In this document: piece after piece, positions 1 to 11,743 of the stretch | Layout: each line of letters starts with the position of its first letter | Numbering within the stretch: the stretch's first letter is position 1 | Assembly: GCA_047495785.1 (NCBI GenBank) | Contig: JBLDXI010000056.1 | Coordinates: forward strand, 496,001-560,000 | Origin: Lepidodermella squamata | Lineage: Eukaryota; Animalia; Gastrotricha | Direction of reading: 5' to 3' | DNA: 64,000 bases | The notes under the pieces: generated by a model | Databases searched by the model: none | What the model saw: only the letters and a program-made list of their open reading frames with translations | Told to the model about the DNA's origin: nothing | Program-made: the position numbers and the translations under genes

Positions 1-150
1 AGCAGCTGATAAAAACACCGGCGGGAATTTTTTAATTAGCCGGCAAATTCCGTTCCTTAGGTGAAAGTTGCAAATTGACAGAAGCCCGTCAACATTTATG
101 GCAAAAAGCATTGTAAATTGAATTATTGCCGAAAAGAGGGTGTGAATTAC

Positions 151-3100
151 CTGAGCGTGCCACGACGGGAGTCGCGATCGAAACGACTCGAGATGCGCGT
201 AGAAATCGACGGCGAGCGCGAGGATCTGCGACCGTTCGTCGAGCGCCGCCGCGAAATTGCGCCACTCGGCGTCGAGTTTCGCCGCGGCCCGGCGTACCGT
301 CGCCTGGGTCGACGGCGGCGTGCCCTGCGCCAGCTGCCCCGCAACCGCCCGAACTCGCGAGAAGTTGGTCTCGAAATCGCGGCACAGCCTCGCGACGTCC
401 TCGTGCTGCCGCCGCAACTCCTCCGCCTCCGCCCTCGAGTGGCCGATGCGCGAGTACACCGTCAGCAAATCGGCGGCTGTGTGGTGCAGCCACGTCAGCA
501 ACTTGTCACAGTCTTGCTCGAACACTCGCAGTTGGTACAGCTGCTCGAGCCGTTGCCGCTTCAGGTACCACAACTGCTGGGTCTGCTGGCGTTTCGCATG
601 CAACCTCGCGATGAGTTCGGAAACGAGAGGCAGTAGTGATCGCAAATCAGGATTCGCCAGTTCAGCCAACGCGTCCGGCTCCTGGGCGTTCGCGTAGCCG
701 CAAATCGCCTCGAGCAAGTCGCGGCCGTGGCGTTCGACGAGTTCGACGGGCGCTCGAGCCACGAGCGGCTTCAACGCGCAGTGCTCATCGAGCGACTTCT
801 TCGCACTCAACACGTCGACCTGCGACGACGACGAGGACGCCGCCGAGTGGGCGGGCGACTCTTGCGGCGCGGCGGCTGCGACGACGCGGTGCAGGTCGTC
901 GAGGCGATCGAGCAGGTTCAGCGCCCGCGACAAGAAGTCTTCGATGTGCATGCGCAGCTCGATCCAGGCCGCGTGGTTGTACTGCTGCAGGCCCTTGAGC
1001 TCGGCGGGCAGCTGGTCCGGCTCGATGTAGCGCGTGAGGCTGTCCAGGCTGATGACCATGGTCTCGAAGGCGATTTTGCCGACGGCGATCTGCGCCTTCT
1101 GCTTCTCCCAGAACCGGTCCGGCTTCAGCACGTAGAGCGCGTGCACGGCGAAGGCGAAGTTCTCGTGCAGCACGTTCAGCAGCGGCTTCGCGTTCGCCCA
1201 CGACGACCCGCGCAGGTCGAGCACGACCGAGAAGCCGAGGTCGCGCGACTGCTGCGCCGGGATCGACGCCAGGTACTCGAGCACCACCTTGTACTCGTCG
1301 GCGACCGCTTCGATGGTGGCGGCCGGCGCGTGTTTCGTCACCGGCGGCGGCGGGCACACGAGCACGGGGCCGCCGCGACGGTCCCGCCCGCCCGGCAGGT
1401 ACGCCAGGCCGCGCTGCAACTGCGGCAATATGTCAACTGCTCGCACGCCTTCTGTTCGTTTTGCGTCTGCAAAATTGGAAAAAAAACAACTCTGGTTTAA
1501 ACAAATCTGAAATACCCTCATTGTTTAGCAAATATTCACAAAATTAGAGCTCATTCAAGTCGGCCTAGTCGTCCAGAATGTATTTTGATTCATTTATACC
1601 TTCAAATTTTTATTTCTCCACAAAACTCAATGATTCAATGATAATTACACATACGTATACTCAATTCAAAATTGGCCGTTTTTCGAACTTGAGATAGAAT
1701 CTAGAATTCTACAGCTATCACATGATGTAATTCAGCTTATTAGGAACCCGTGCTTAAAGCCTGGAAAATTCGAAAACGGGATAGGATAGCATAGCATTAG
1801 GTTCATTTTATCATAACAAGCAACCGGGTAAGGTTCAAGTTTTTCTATGCAGTTCGACATTCTAGATTAACGTGATATGAAATTACCAAGAAGAAAATGT
1901 CGAAGGCTGTGATACCCCGAAGAAGGACTTTTCGACATTTATGCTCAATTTTTAATATAGGTAATAAAAACCCCTTTCCCCTCAAAAATTCGATTTTTGT
2001 CTTTTGTGAGATCTTCTAGCGCTCGTTTTTTGCATCCAATAGTGCGTTTCCTTATTTCTTGATGAAAAAAAATCGTTACAAATCAGATCCAGATCAGAAA
2101 ATTGAAAGTCTGGTAATATTAGATATTCCAATTGTTATTTCAACGTTTTTTCTCATCATTTTTCATCGCAAAAAATAAGGCGCGATCAGACTCCACGCCA
2201 ACGAAATTGTTAGCCTGCGAGTATGTATATATATCTCCCTTTATTTTCATCATAATCGTCATCATCATCATCATCATCGCGAAAAACTAGAAACAGCAGG
2301 ATTATGCGTAATGATTTCGAGTGGTGGAAACAACTCATTCATCAAGGACGACGAGGGTGGTGTTCTCGCGGCGGCTAATCAGCAACAGAAGGCCACGCAC
2401 GTGTTCCGCATACACTACTACCGCAATATTCGCCGCATCATTTCATCAAGTGGTTAACACTGCACATACCATATTATACCAGCGAGTTGAGTGGCGCCTG
2501 TAGTAGGTAATAAAAACACGCCGAATTATTACCACTACCACTACTACTATCATCCACACACGCTGCGAATGTGATACCGAAAGAGATCAAAGCGAATAGG
2601 TGGTGTAATAAAGCCATAAAACGCGCGTTATTAAGACGGACATGGATTCAATATACTTACTACCGATTGTTATCACCTTTTTCTTCCTCGCCGTGACGGG
2701 TAATCAAATTTTGGCGTCGTCTTCGTCGCCGTCGCGGCCGCCGCTGTTGTCGACATAACTTGCTTCGCTGCGTTTTCACGTCAGGCAGTCAGTCAGTCAG
2801 TCAGGCTCAGACAACATGTCCCATCTCACCACTAATCCGCTAAAACTGGGAAACACAACAGCTGTCAACAAACCAAACACACACGCAAGCACACGGATTT
2901 ATTGTTATTATTATTCAACACGATCGATGGCCCAAGTCCAGTTGCCTACGGCTGCAGTAGCAGCCAATAATTATCGGGCATAGTCAAAAATTGAGTGGTC
3001 CACAGCGTCGATTACTTATGATGATGATGATGACGAAAAGAGGCGGAAGTGAAAACATTTTCAGAGGAGAACGCGCGCGCGCACAGCTTATTTATTCGCT

Positions 3101-3293
3101 TAAATTGAGACTGCGAAAAAATCATACCCAGATTGTAGAACCGCGCGATCCTAGCATCTCGAGCTGCTGCCGCGGCCGCCGCGTTTTGCTGCTGCTGATG
3201 ATGATCGGAGGCCGGCGACGAAGCCACAGCGCCGCCGCCACTTCTCGGCTCCGCATTGTCGAATGAAGAAATGCTACTATGAGCATCCGACAT
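151..3293 (-). CDS. TRIO: Trio/Kalirin-family RhoGEF, N-terminal part (Sec14/CRAL-TRIO domain plus spectrin repeats). Exons 3293-3128 and 1466-151; the gene continues beyond the left edge.
   Basis: The spliced translation MSDAHSS...RFYNL/DAKRTEGVRAVDILPQLQRGLAYLPGGRDRRGGPVL...YLASIP...GFSVVLDLRGSSW...KPDRFWEKQK...YNHAAWIELR...LYQLRVFEQDCDKLLTWL matches the Trio/Kalirin N-terminus. A phase-1 GT-AG intron spans 3127-1467 and a donor GTAATT follows at 150. The frame is missing from the ORF track because it has no stop before the window edge. Confidence 0.9.
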
Positions 3294-3389
3294 TTTTCGA
3301 GTTGTTATCGATATTTACACCATTATTTTAAATAGTCATCAACTACACGCACACTTATAAACACCTAGAAGTAAATAATCGAATCAGCA

Positions 3390-3395
3390 TTTATT
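3390..3395 (-). promoter_or_regulatory. Polyadenylation signal of NUBP1
   Basis: AATAAA on the minus strand 35 nt after the TGA stop. Confidence 0.65.
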
Positions 3396-3430
3396 AAATC
3401 ACATGATTTGAAATTAAATATTATCCTCTA

Positions 3431-4423
3431 TCAATTGTCATCGGGGCAAGCGGCCAACACGTGCTTCGCTAATTGCGAGAATGCATCTCTAACAGGTTGC
3501 TGCTTCTCGAGTTTCTCACCACCTTCACCCAACCAAGCTGGACATTTGCCAGAATCACAATATTCCCCAATTGATTCGTCCATTGGAATTCGCGCAAGTA
3601 CAGGCACGCCTACTTGGCTTGCCAAGTCATTCAAGGTTAATGACGACTCCTTAGGGTGGGATGGAAAAATGGGAATTGCATGACTGCAACATGGGCAAAT
3701 GTATGATGTCATATTTTCGACAAAACCAAGAATTTTGATTCCTAAACGCTGACAGAATTCAACTTGTTTCCGGACAGCGGCGATTGCCACTGGTTGTGGC
3801 GTGGAAACTAGCACGGCAACAGTTCTGTCAAGCGGTACAAGTCGAGCTATAGCCAAATGCTCGTCAGAAGTTCCAGGAGGTGTATCAATAACTAGAACAT
3901 CTAAATCATTCCAGTCGACATCGCGCAACAACTGGGTGATTAAACCAGTTTTACGTGGGCCTCGCCATACTAAGGCGTCACTCAGCGACGAAAGCAGAAA
4001 AGCGGACGACGCGCACACCAAGTTAGGCTGAACGGGAACTGGCTGCCAGCCAACGGCGGCATTTCTCACACGCTCTCCCTCTGCGCCCATCATTGTCGCG
4101 ACTGAAGGACCGCATAAATCAATGTCAACCAAACCGGTTTGGTGATTGTCAGTGGCAAGCTGGCGAGCTAAAATTGACGCAACTGTTGATTTTCCGACTC
4201 CACCTTTACCAGACATCACTAAAACAAATTGTCGCACCCCAGACAATCGCTCCATGACCTCCAGTGCGATTTCTTTTTCTCGCGCAGAAGCTTCTGCGGC
4301 AGCGCCTGATGAGCAGGCGCCTTGGTTAGGACATCCAGCACAACTTGATGTTTTACCGGCAGTAGAGCTCTCCGGGCCAGGACAGTTGTGCGGCGCAGCC
4401 GACGCATCAAATTCCGATGACAT
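3431..4423 (-). CDS. NUBP1: Cytosolic Fe-S cluster assembly factor NUBP1/Nbp35 (intronless CDS)
   Basis: N-terminal CPGPES..AGK..SCAGCPNQ..C Fe-S motif, deviant Walker A GKGGVGKST, DLCGPS, WRGPRK, DTPPGTSDEH, and ENM..YICPCC. Confidence 0.96.
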   Translation of the reverse strand: MSSEFDASAAPHNCPGPESSTAGKTSSCAGCPNQGACSSGAAAEASAREKEIALEVMERLSGVRQFVLVMSGKGGVGKSTVASILARQLATDNHQTGLVDIDLCGPSVATMMGAEGERVRNAAVGWQPVPVQPNLVCASSAFLLSSLSDALVWRGPRKTGLITQLLRDVDWNDLDVLVIDTPPGTSDEHLAIARLVPLDRTVAVLVSTPQPVAIAAVRKQVEFCQRLGIKILGFVENMTSYICPCCSHAIPIFPSHPKESSLTLNDLASQVGVPVLARIPMDESIGEYCDSGKCPAWLGEGGEKLEKQQPVRDAFSQLAKHVLAACPDDN

Positions 4424-5129
4424 TATTGGGTATCAAGCTAATAACAATATCTATCAATGTTTGAAAAAGGTATCTTCAATTTCTGTGGTCTGTGAATTGT
4501 GACCAGTGACTGCAACTCGAATCGTATCTGCGAGATTGTGGACCCTTGTATGTGATGCCTCAACTAGCTAACTGGAAGCTATCTTTCGCTCACAGCAATC
4601 TTATAGACGCTCAAGATTTAGTTCGCTCCTGAACGCCCAAATAGGACAGAAATAAGACAGTTTCCTTGCGCTCAAGATTTCCAAAACTGAAATATTACTA
4701 GCGTGCGGAACAGCAAAAAAACGAGTTAGCGAATTCACGATTTCTATTCGCCCAGCTATCAGTATCAGGCGGTGTTTTAGAGAACATTGAGAGGTGACAC
4801 ACACTCCAAATCCTACAAACGCTCTCGTAGGAAAAAAAATCACCATAAGTCTGAGTTGAGAATTATTAACCAGAGCAGAAATTAATTACAAGATGCAGAC
4901 ACGCGCTTGAAAAAATACCGTTTAAGCAGCCTGATTCAGATTCAGATTAAGGTATAAGACGAAAAAGACATCAAAAGGCAATTAGAGGCAAAAGGCGGTC
5001 TGACAGTAGCCAATTGCAGCCAAAAAAAAACAGAGACGTTCTCATCGCGGCGACCCACGTTTTTTGCCTCTCGAACAACTTTTCGGCGCCCAATTGAAAA
5101 TTTGAATAGCTTCGTTTTCACCTGTACAT

Positions 5130-5400
5130 ACGTAATTTTAACCAATAATCAAATCCTGTTTTAGTCCGATGTTATCCGCGTTTAAAAAATAATTTGCCGC
5201 AGCTTTTTATTTCGGCGGTCTACGCGGGCGGGCAGTCATCCTCCCTGAAGCAGTTCGAGGGAGCTTTTGCCGCTTACGCCTCCCGCCTTTGAGGACCGCC
5301 CCAAACCCCTCTTCTCTGTCGCCTTTCCTTAGGTGACCGTTCTTATGGTTTTAATTTCCATCGCGGCTCCTTGAAAACTAGGTATGGTTGTTTTCAAGTT
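5130..5400. promoter_or_regulatory. Probable bidirectional promoter/5' leader region between NUBP1 (-) and EIF2B5 (+)
   Basis: The genes are head-to-head. There is a GC-rich patch with GGGCGG/CCGCCC boxes (about 5226 and 5296), a pyrimidine tract at 5306-5330, and donor-like sites pointing outward on both strands (GTATGG at 5382 +; GTATGT near 5131 -). Confidence 0.5.
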
Positions 5401-5652
5401 CATTCGGGACCAAATAGATCATAGCTCTATTTTTATAATTTATTTTTGTATTACATTGTGCCATCTCTGCGCCTAACATCGAATTATCGGTGACAGGCAT
5501 AACTTACCATCCCAAGCCCTGTTAAATCACCAGAAATGGTGTCAGGGTCTAACATCCATCCATCCATCCATCCATTCGCTCTTATTGTTTTATTTTTGAT
5601 GCCATGGCCATTGTTCATTCCTGTTAGATTAATTGAATTACTGCCTTTAACT

Positions 5653-7931
5653 ATGGAGCCACCGTCTCCCGCGTTTGTTATCGTTGATTCCTTTCACTCA
5701 ACCCTTGCTAGTCTGGTGTCGCCGAAATGTCACTGGCGGTTATGTGGAGCAACTTTGCTTGAACACACCTTGGGCTGGTTAGATCGCTCTAACGTAGATT
5801 ACGCATACATATGGTGCTGTACTCAGGAATCCAGTCGACGTGTGCCTAGCCTGGTAAACCGTGCAAATTGCTCTTTTCGAACTTCGGTTATTGACCCAAA
5901 GCACGTGATAGACATTGACAGTGATGATGAAGACAACCTTGATGGCGACATCCCCGCTGCAGCTAAAGCTTCAGCCTCTCTTGGCGACTGTATGCGCTAT
6001 GCTGACGCATCTGATCTCCTTGCTAAATACGCAGCTCAATCAGTGCAAGAAAGTGGTGGCAGTAAAGGAGCATCAAGTTCTCGCTCAGCCTTACCTGACT
6101 TTTTGCTAGTAGGCGGAAATACCTTCGCTCAACAACCACTTTCTTCGAGTATGAAACGTCATCGTCAATGGAAGGAGAAAGATCGATCATGTGTTTTAAC
6201 AATTGTCTGCTCAGCTAACTCGATTCATCCGCAAGAGACCGGTTTATGCCTTGTGACTGATGTTAACGGCCGTTTATTACATTGGCGTGATTCTGCAAGT
6301 GGCGAGTCACAAGAACTGACGCTTCCACCGAACCTGGTTGCGCCCAAGTCGCAATTCGCCGGTGAATTACACGTTTGGCCGAGAATTTTCCCAGTTGCAG
6401 CGGTCTGCTCACCTGAAATACTCGTCCAATTCGCTGACAACTTCGACTACGAGACAATTGCCGACGTTATTCGTGGACTGTTGACGAATGAAGAAGTACT
6501 CGGCCAACACATTTACATCGACGTCATCGATTCGGGGCTTAAACCGAAAGATACATTCCAAAATACAGTTTTCCACGTTACTGATCTTGCGTCATTCGCG
6601 TTTACTGCTAGATCAGTGCTACTATCCGCGACTTTATCTCGAACTCCATTCTCGTTGTCTCATTTAAAAGATCCGGCTTACTATCACAGATTCCCTGGTG
6701 CATTTGTCTCGTCAAAGGCCTCAACGCGACTCTCCGTCATTGAGGGTGTCACTTTCATTTCGGAAAACGTTTCTATTTCCGGATCGGGAGTTCCGACCCT
6801 GGTCTCGTCGACCTTCATCGGCCCTGACAGTAAAATCGGATCAGGTTGCCAGCTGGAGGAATCTTATCTAGCCGAAAATTGTCATTTAGAAGACTGCGTT
6901 GTCATTCTTCATTCTTTCATTGGCGCCGATGTGACGATTAAGCGAGACTCGAAGATCGCCCGAGGTTGCATAATTGGCCCGAATGTTGTGATAGGATCTG
7001 GAGCTAGAGTTCCACCGAATACCTTCGTATTTGCGGCTAGCAGTGAGTCGCAACTTGGCAATGAATTGCTGCGTGGCACAGGGCTTAAACTAGCCAATGC
7101 CCCGAAAGAGGTGGTCGGCAATGGGTCATCCGAGTGTTTCGCCCTCAACACTGCTGAATTGCCGCGACATGTTCAGCAATACCTGTTGTGGCCTGGGTTG
7201 CTGCGGCACACGAAACCCGCTGCCGTCGCCTCTGACCGGTTGGGACGAGCCCGTACCATTTCATCGGGCGGTTTCGAGCAGTTATCGCTGCGGTCGGATG
7301 CGAGGCGCGATGTCGACGCTGAACCGGCGGCTGGTCGCCACGAATCCCTCGATTCCGAAGCGGTGCTCAAGCGGCGCGATGTTGAGCTCGACGAAGCAGT
7401 TGACAGGTTGGATTTTTTCCAACACTTCATGATTTATCTTTGAATTTGATCGATTTTGTTAGAACCATGCGCGAGAAACTGTCAGCTGACAATGCGGTTT
7501 TAGAGGTGAATTCGATCAAACACGCGTACGGCGTCGGAATCCGCGAGCTCACGACGTCGGTGCTGCGAGCCATTCTGACGGTGCCCATGCGAGGCTCGAC
7601 CGCCGTGACGAATGCGAACGCGTTGGGCCTGCTCAACGGCGCGCTCGCGAATTCGCACGTGCTGCCGCTGGCGAGGCACTACGTCAAGTCGCCCGAGGCG
7701 AAAATCGACTGCCTAGCGGCCGTTGAAGCTGTTGCCTTGGCGTCTCCGCCTGTCCTCGCGAATCTCGCCGGACTCCTGCAGCAGTTGTACTCGACGTACG
7801 ATCTGATCGACGACGAAGCCGTGAAAAAGTGGTTCGCGCAACTGCCAGCCGCGTCGCCGGTGCGCAAACAGGCGCAGCCATTTGCGACCTGGCTCGAACA
7901 AGCCGAGGAGGAGAGTGAGGACGATGATTAA
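5653..7931 (+). CDS. EIF2B5: Translation initiation factor eIF2B epsilon subunit. Exons 5653-7406 and 7463-7931.
   Basis: Nucleotidyltransferase-like N-terminus (IVDSF...PKC...LLEHTL.WL), CSPEILVQFADNFDY..RGLLTNEEVLG, left-handed beta-helix hexapeptide repeats, and a W2 domain (LEVNSIKHAY...WLEQAEEESEDDD). A 56-nt GT-AG intron (7407-7462) joins the two ORFs in frame. Confidence 0.93.
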
Positions 7932-8309
7932 CTGCTTTCAAGGGATTTAAAGGTGTTGATAACTTTATTCTAATCAAATTCATTCTTCCATGGGGCCAGT
8001 GAAACTACGTGGCAATAAATACCTGCCAATATTTTATCCACCTGCTTTCGTGTTTCCACAACTTTTCTTTACGATTTCACCACGTACTGCTTTGTAAAAC
8101 CAAAACGGGAATCGTTTCAGTTTTTAGATTGAGACTATTGATGAGCGGGAAGTTCCATTCGGCGCAAATTCTCACCCATTTCGATTTTTATTTTACAAAG
8201 TTTCGAAACTTTTATTTAGATTGTTAGAGTTTTTAAATTTGTGCCTGCCCAACAACCAACATTAGTCTTATGCGATCAATTGTGCCTGTTGACGTGTTCC
8301 AATCAAAAA

Positions 8310-10239
8310 ATGGTGTCCCGTTCGTTGTTTGAAGTGTTCTTGTTGATGAGGAATAATGCACTGCAAAGTCGGCATTTGTACACGTCGTCGAAACGCAGTA
8401 AAACCAAAACCGGAGTGAGTCGTGCCGCCGGCGGAGGTGGTTTTCTGGCGGAGGAACGCGTCGCACTGGTGTCGAATGCCGACGACGAGGATGACGACCA
8501 CGACGATATGCGCGACGAAATGGCGCAACAGGTGAGAAAATTAGCTATTTCAAGTCTCGCTAAAGACGCCATCGAAAAGTTTGGGGGAAAAGTTGCTAAT
8601 GTTTTGTGATACAGTGAAATCTACTTAAATTAGACACCTCCATGATTTGACACTTTTTATCGGCGACGAACCGCAAAGACAACTATTGTTCGGACTTTCT
8701 GAATCTGAGGCAGCTCCAATATTAGACGGTTTTAGGCCTCTACGGAAGGTTTCTAAATTATGGAGGTTTTACTGTATGAATCCTTTGCTGCGTATTTACA
8801 GTTAAAATAATTTTAAGGATGTTGGATTTATACGTGTTTTCCAGGTTTTGCTAAAGCTTGAGTAGGGAATGATCATCTTACAAGTTTTGAACTATTTTTG
8901 GTCTTTTTTTTTAATTTGTGTAATTCAAGACTGATCAGCCGTGAATGTTTTTTTCTGATCCGTTTAGGTCGGCTCGGCTCTGCGGTACCGGCGGTTGCAG
9001 AACCTGCCGCCCGAGTGGACGGAGGCGATCGACGACGTGAGTTCGCAGATCGAGGCGATCGAGCGGAAAGTGAAGGACCTGAAGGCGTCGCACGACCGCG
9101 TCATCCGCCGGCCGGCCTTCGACGACGACGAGGCGGACACGGGGCGCGAGCTCGAGTCGGCGACGCGCGACATCACGGCCGCGTTCCAGCGCTGCCACGC
9201 CCGCATCGGCGCCATCTCGCGCCACCAGCAGACCAGCCGCTCGCGCTCCGAGCGCAAACTCGCCGAGAACGCGGCGCTGCGGCTCAATCGACAACTCCAG
9301 GAAGTTTCCGTCGAGTTCAAGCTAGCTCAGGTTTGCCCATTTACCTGCTTGGTGCTTACTACTTCTTTTCTTGAGAGTAATTGTGAGATTGAAGATTGAG
9401 GAATTAAAATCTGTATTGAACGTTCTAATATTTTCGAAAATTGGCCCAAATAAAGAAATAAGGAAACATCAATATCTTTGATGATGACCTTTTTCGAAAC
9501 CTTTTCAAATTATCTTGATGGATTCTGCACCCTCTGAGTTGAAAATTTGATGTCAGTTGGAAGACATTTCGAAAAAATTTCTCCGATTGTCAATGTTTCC
9601 TCAATAAGTTTATCATATCGTAAGAAAAAATGCCACCATATAAGCCAGTGTTCGAAGCTGCTAAAATGCGACTATTTGTTTCAGGTGTCATATCTGCGGC
9701 AGTTGCAAGCGAGGCAAGAGCGTTCGCAGCTGTTCATGTCCACCGGTTCGGTGCAGCAGCAACCGAGCGACGGCAGTCTTTCGATCAAAAACAACAAGGC
9801 AGCGGCGGCTCCGCGCAATTTGCTGCTCGACGACGAGGATGACAACGAAACAGTGTTGTTGTCTCGAGGCGGTCAATCTTCTGCCATGGCCGACTCGGCT
9901 TCGTATCAGAGCCTCGCTCAGCTGCAAGTTTCGGCGAATAACGTCGAGCTGGCAGCGGCGCGAGATCAGGAAATCGATCGGATCGTGCGGTCGATCGAGG
10001 AGTTGAATTCGATTTTCAAAGACGTCTCGGCGATGATTCACGACCAGGGCACGGTGCTCGATCGCATCGACCACAATGTTGAGCAAACGGCGGTTCGCGT
10101 CGAGTCGGCGCACAAATCGCTGGCGAAGGCCGAGCGCATGCAGAAATCGAACCGCAAAATGTTCATTATAGCCGGGCTAATGGCTCTTCTTGTTGCCCTC
10201 GTCGTTCTTCTCATTCTCGTCAAACTGGCCAGGATTTAG
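8310..10239 (+). CDS. STX16: Syntaxin-16 (Qa-SNARE). Exons 8310-8531, 8968-9330 and 9685-10239.
   Basis: N-peptide MVSRSLFEVFLLMRNNA, LPPEW, RPAFDD, SNARE motif RDQEIDRIVRSIEELNSIFKDVSAMIHDQGTVLDRIDHNVE and a C-terminal TM anchor. Both introns are phase-0 GT-AG. Confidence 0.94.
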
Positions 10240-10731
10240 CAGTCTAGAGTGCATCTTCTCAATATTTTTACCCTTAAATTGATATTAATTCTAGTGAAAA
10301 TACATACATGGAATAATCGGAAATGATGATCTATTATTTATCGAAGTGTTGTGCTTGAATTGCTATTATATTATTGAATTACTGAAATTGCGGTGTTGTA
10401 TCTCGGCAGGTGCAGCTCATTGTTCAACGCGTATTTCTCTTCGCTTTCTTCGTACTTTTTTCGCTCTCGTCGGGACGTTGTGATACTTTTTTGTCGCCTA
10501 ATCAATATCGACTAATATTATTAATATTATAATATAATTCAGCTATTTAATGCCGTTTGGATGAAATAAAAGTGCTACGTTTTCAAAACTGTCTATTAGC
10601 CTTTTGCCAATACAAAATTGTGAAGATTTGTTTATGACGCCAGAATTGGCGATCAATTGGAGATAGCAAGATGAGATGACAGAACTTGGCATGTCAGTCA
10701 ATTACACCTTGAAGTGAAACATAAAGGTTAA

Positions 10732-11468
10732 CACTTTAACGGCCATATACTCATAGGTGAGTATTCTCGAATTTGCAGAATATAGCCATATACTCGCATA
10801 TGAGTAGCCTCAAATTCGCGGGATATCGCCATATACTCATATGTGAGTATGCGGGTGTGTTGCTTTTTTGCGATTTTTTCGCACGAGACCTGTGCTTTAA
10901 AAAATGCCGTCGGTGCTTCTCCAAGATCAAATAACACCCGTAGAACTCAAATCTGAAGTCAAAATCACTTTATACTCATTCCTTCCCGAAGAAATCACTG
11001 ATTATCGATTATCGATCATCGATTATCTATCGATCATCGATTTCTACATCTAGCTAATTTTTTCATTTCGCCTCCATTAGATGCGCCATGTTTCAAAGTA
11101 TTTGAGTATGGCAAAGTATGGCAATTTTGAGCTTTAAGGCCGTATACTCATATGTGAGTATTCATTAAAAGAGCCTGATGCCATATACTCATGGGTGAGT
11201 ATACACATTTGCAGGAAAACGCCGTATACTCATAGGTGAGTAAGCGTTTTGCAGGATATCGCCGTATACTCAAATATGAGTAAGCGTTTTTTAGCTATTA
11301 CGTAATAAGGATGAGTCAGAAAAATTCGGGACATTGACCAATGATCTTAGAATTCAACGAACTTCAAGAAAATATAATAATCTTGGGGTCGAATTTTTTG
11401 GTAGGTACATCGAAAATACCCCGGCGCTGCAGGAATGGTACACGTGAAAAACCCCGGCGCTTAAAGTG
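10732..11468. mobile_element. Non-autonomous piggyBac-type DNA transposon (MITE), 737 bp
   Basis: TTAA on both sides (10728-10731 and 11469-11472), terminal inverted repeat CACTTTAA/TTAAAGTG, internal palindromic repeats, subterminal direct repeats (ACCCCGGCGCT twice at the right end), and no credible ORF. Confidence 0.8.
10742..11283 (+). repeat. Seven copies of a 23-nt palindromic unit GCCRTATACTCA-N4-TGAGTA in two arrays with a 40-43 nt period
   Basis: Copies start at 10742, 10785 and 10828, then 11139, 11180, 11221 and 11261. Linkers share TTTGCAGGA-like sequence. Confidence 0.9.
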
Positions 11469-11743
11469 TTAAGGTAAGGTTAGCCGACAATTTCGGTAGC
11501 GAATATCCGATAGACGCCGGCTAATCATTAGTTTACTTGTCGCGAACGATGTCCTCTCCATTTGCCCACTGGATTTTAATGGAAGTCTATGTACAACATG
11601 GCCAAATACTTCTCATTTATTAAGATCTCCGATCGATTCAACGTGAAAAATTAATCAAAAAGGTAATCAAATTTTGGATTCGAGAATTTCAACGGCACTT
11701 ACACAAGCTCAACAGTGTTTATGAAAACAGTTCTTCTCATTCC

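Noticed and set aside
118-1500. Long plus-strand ORFs (118-636, 727-1500)
   Set aside because: They are antisense shadows of the GC3-rich Trio exon.
2670-2756. Alternative Trio first exon (MSTTAAAATAT...) or an SL-RNA Sm-like site
   Set aside because: The donor phase does not match the acceptor at 1466 and the frame stops. The AAATTTTGG has no convincing SL RNA structure around it.
7400-7470. Apparent frameshift or overlapping ORFs in EIF2B5
   Set aside because: A 56-nt GT-AG intron (7407-7462) restores the frame.
10742-11283. CRISPR-like array of palindromic repeats with spacers of about 18-20 nt
   Set aside because: The spacers resemble one another (TTTGCAGGA core), the repeats vary in the loop, there are no cas genes, the context is eukaryotic, and the array lies inside a TTAA-flanked transposon.
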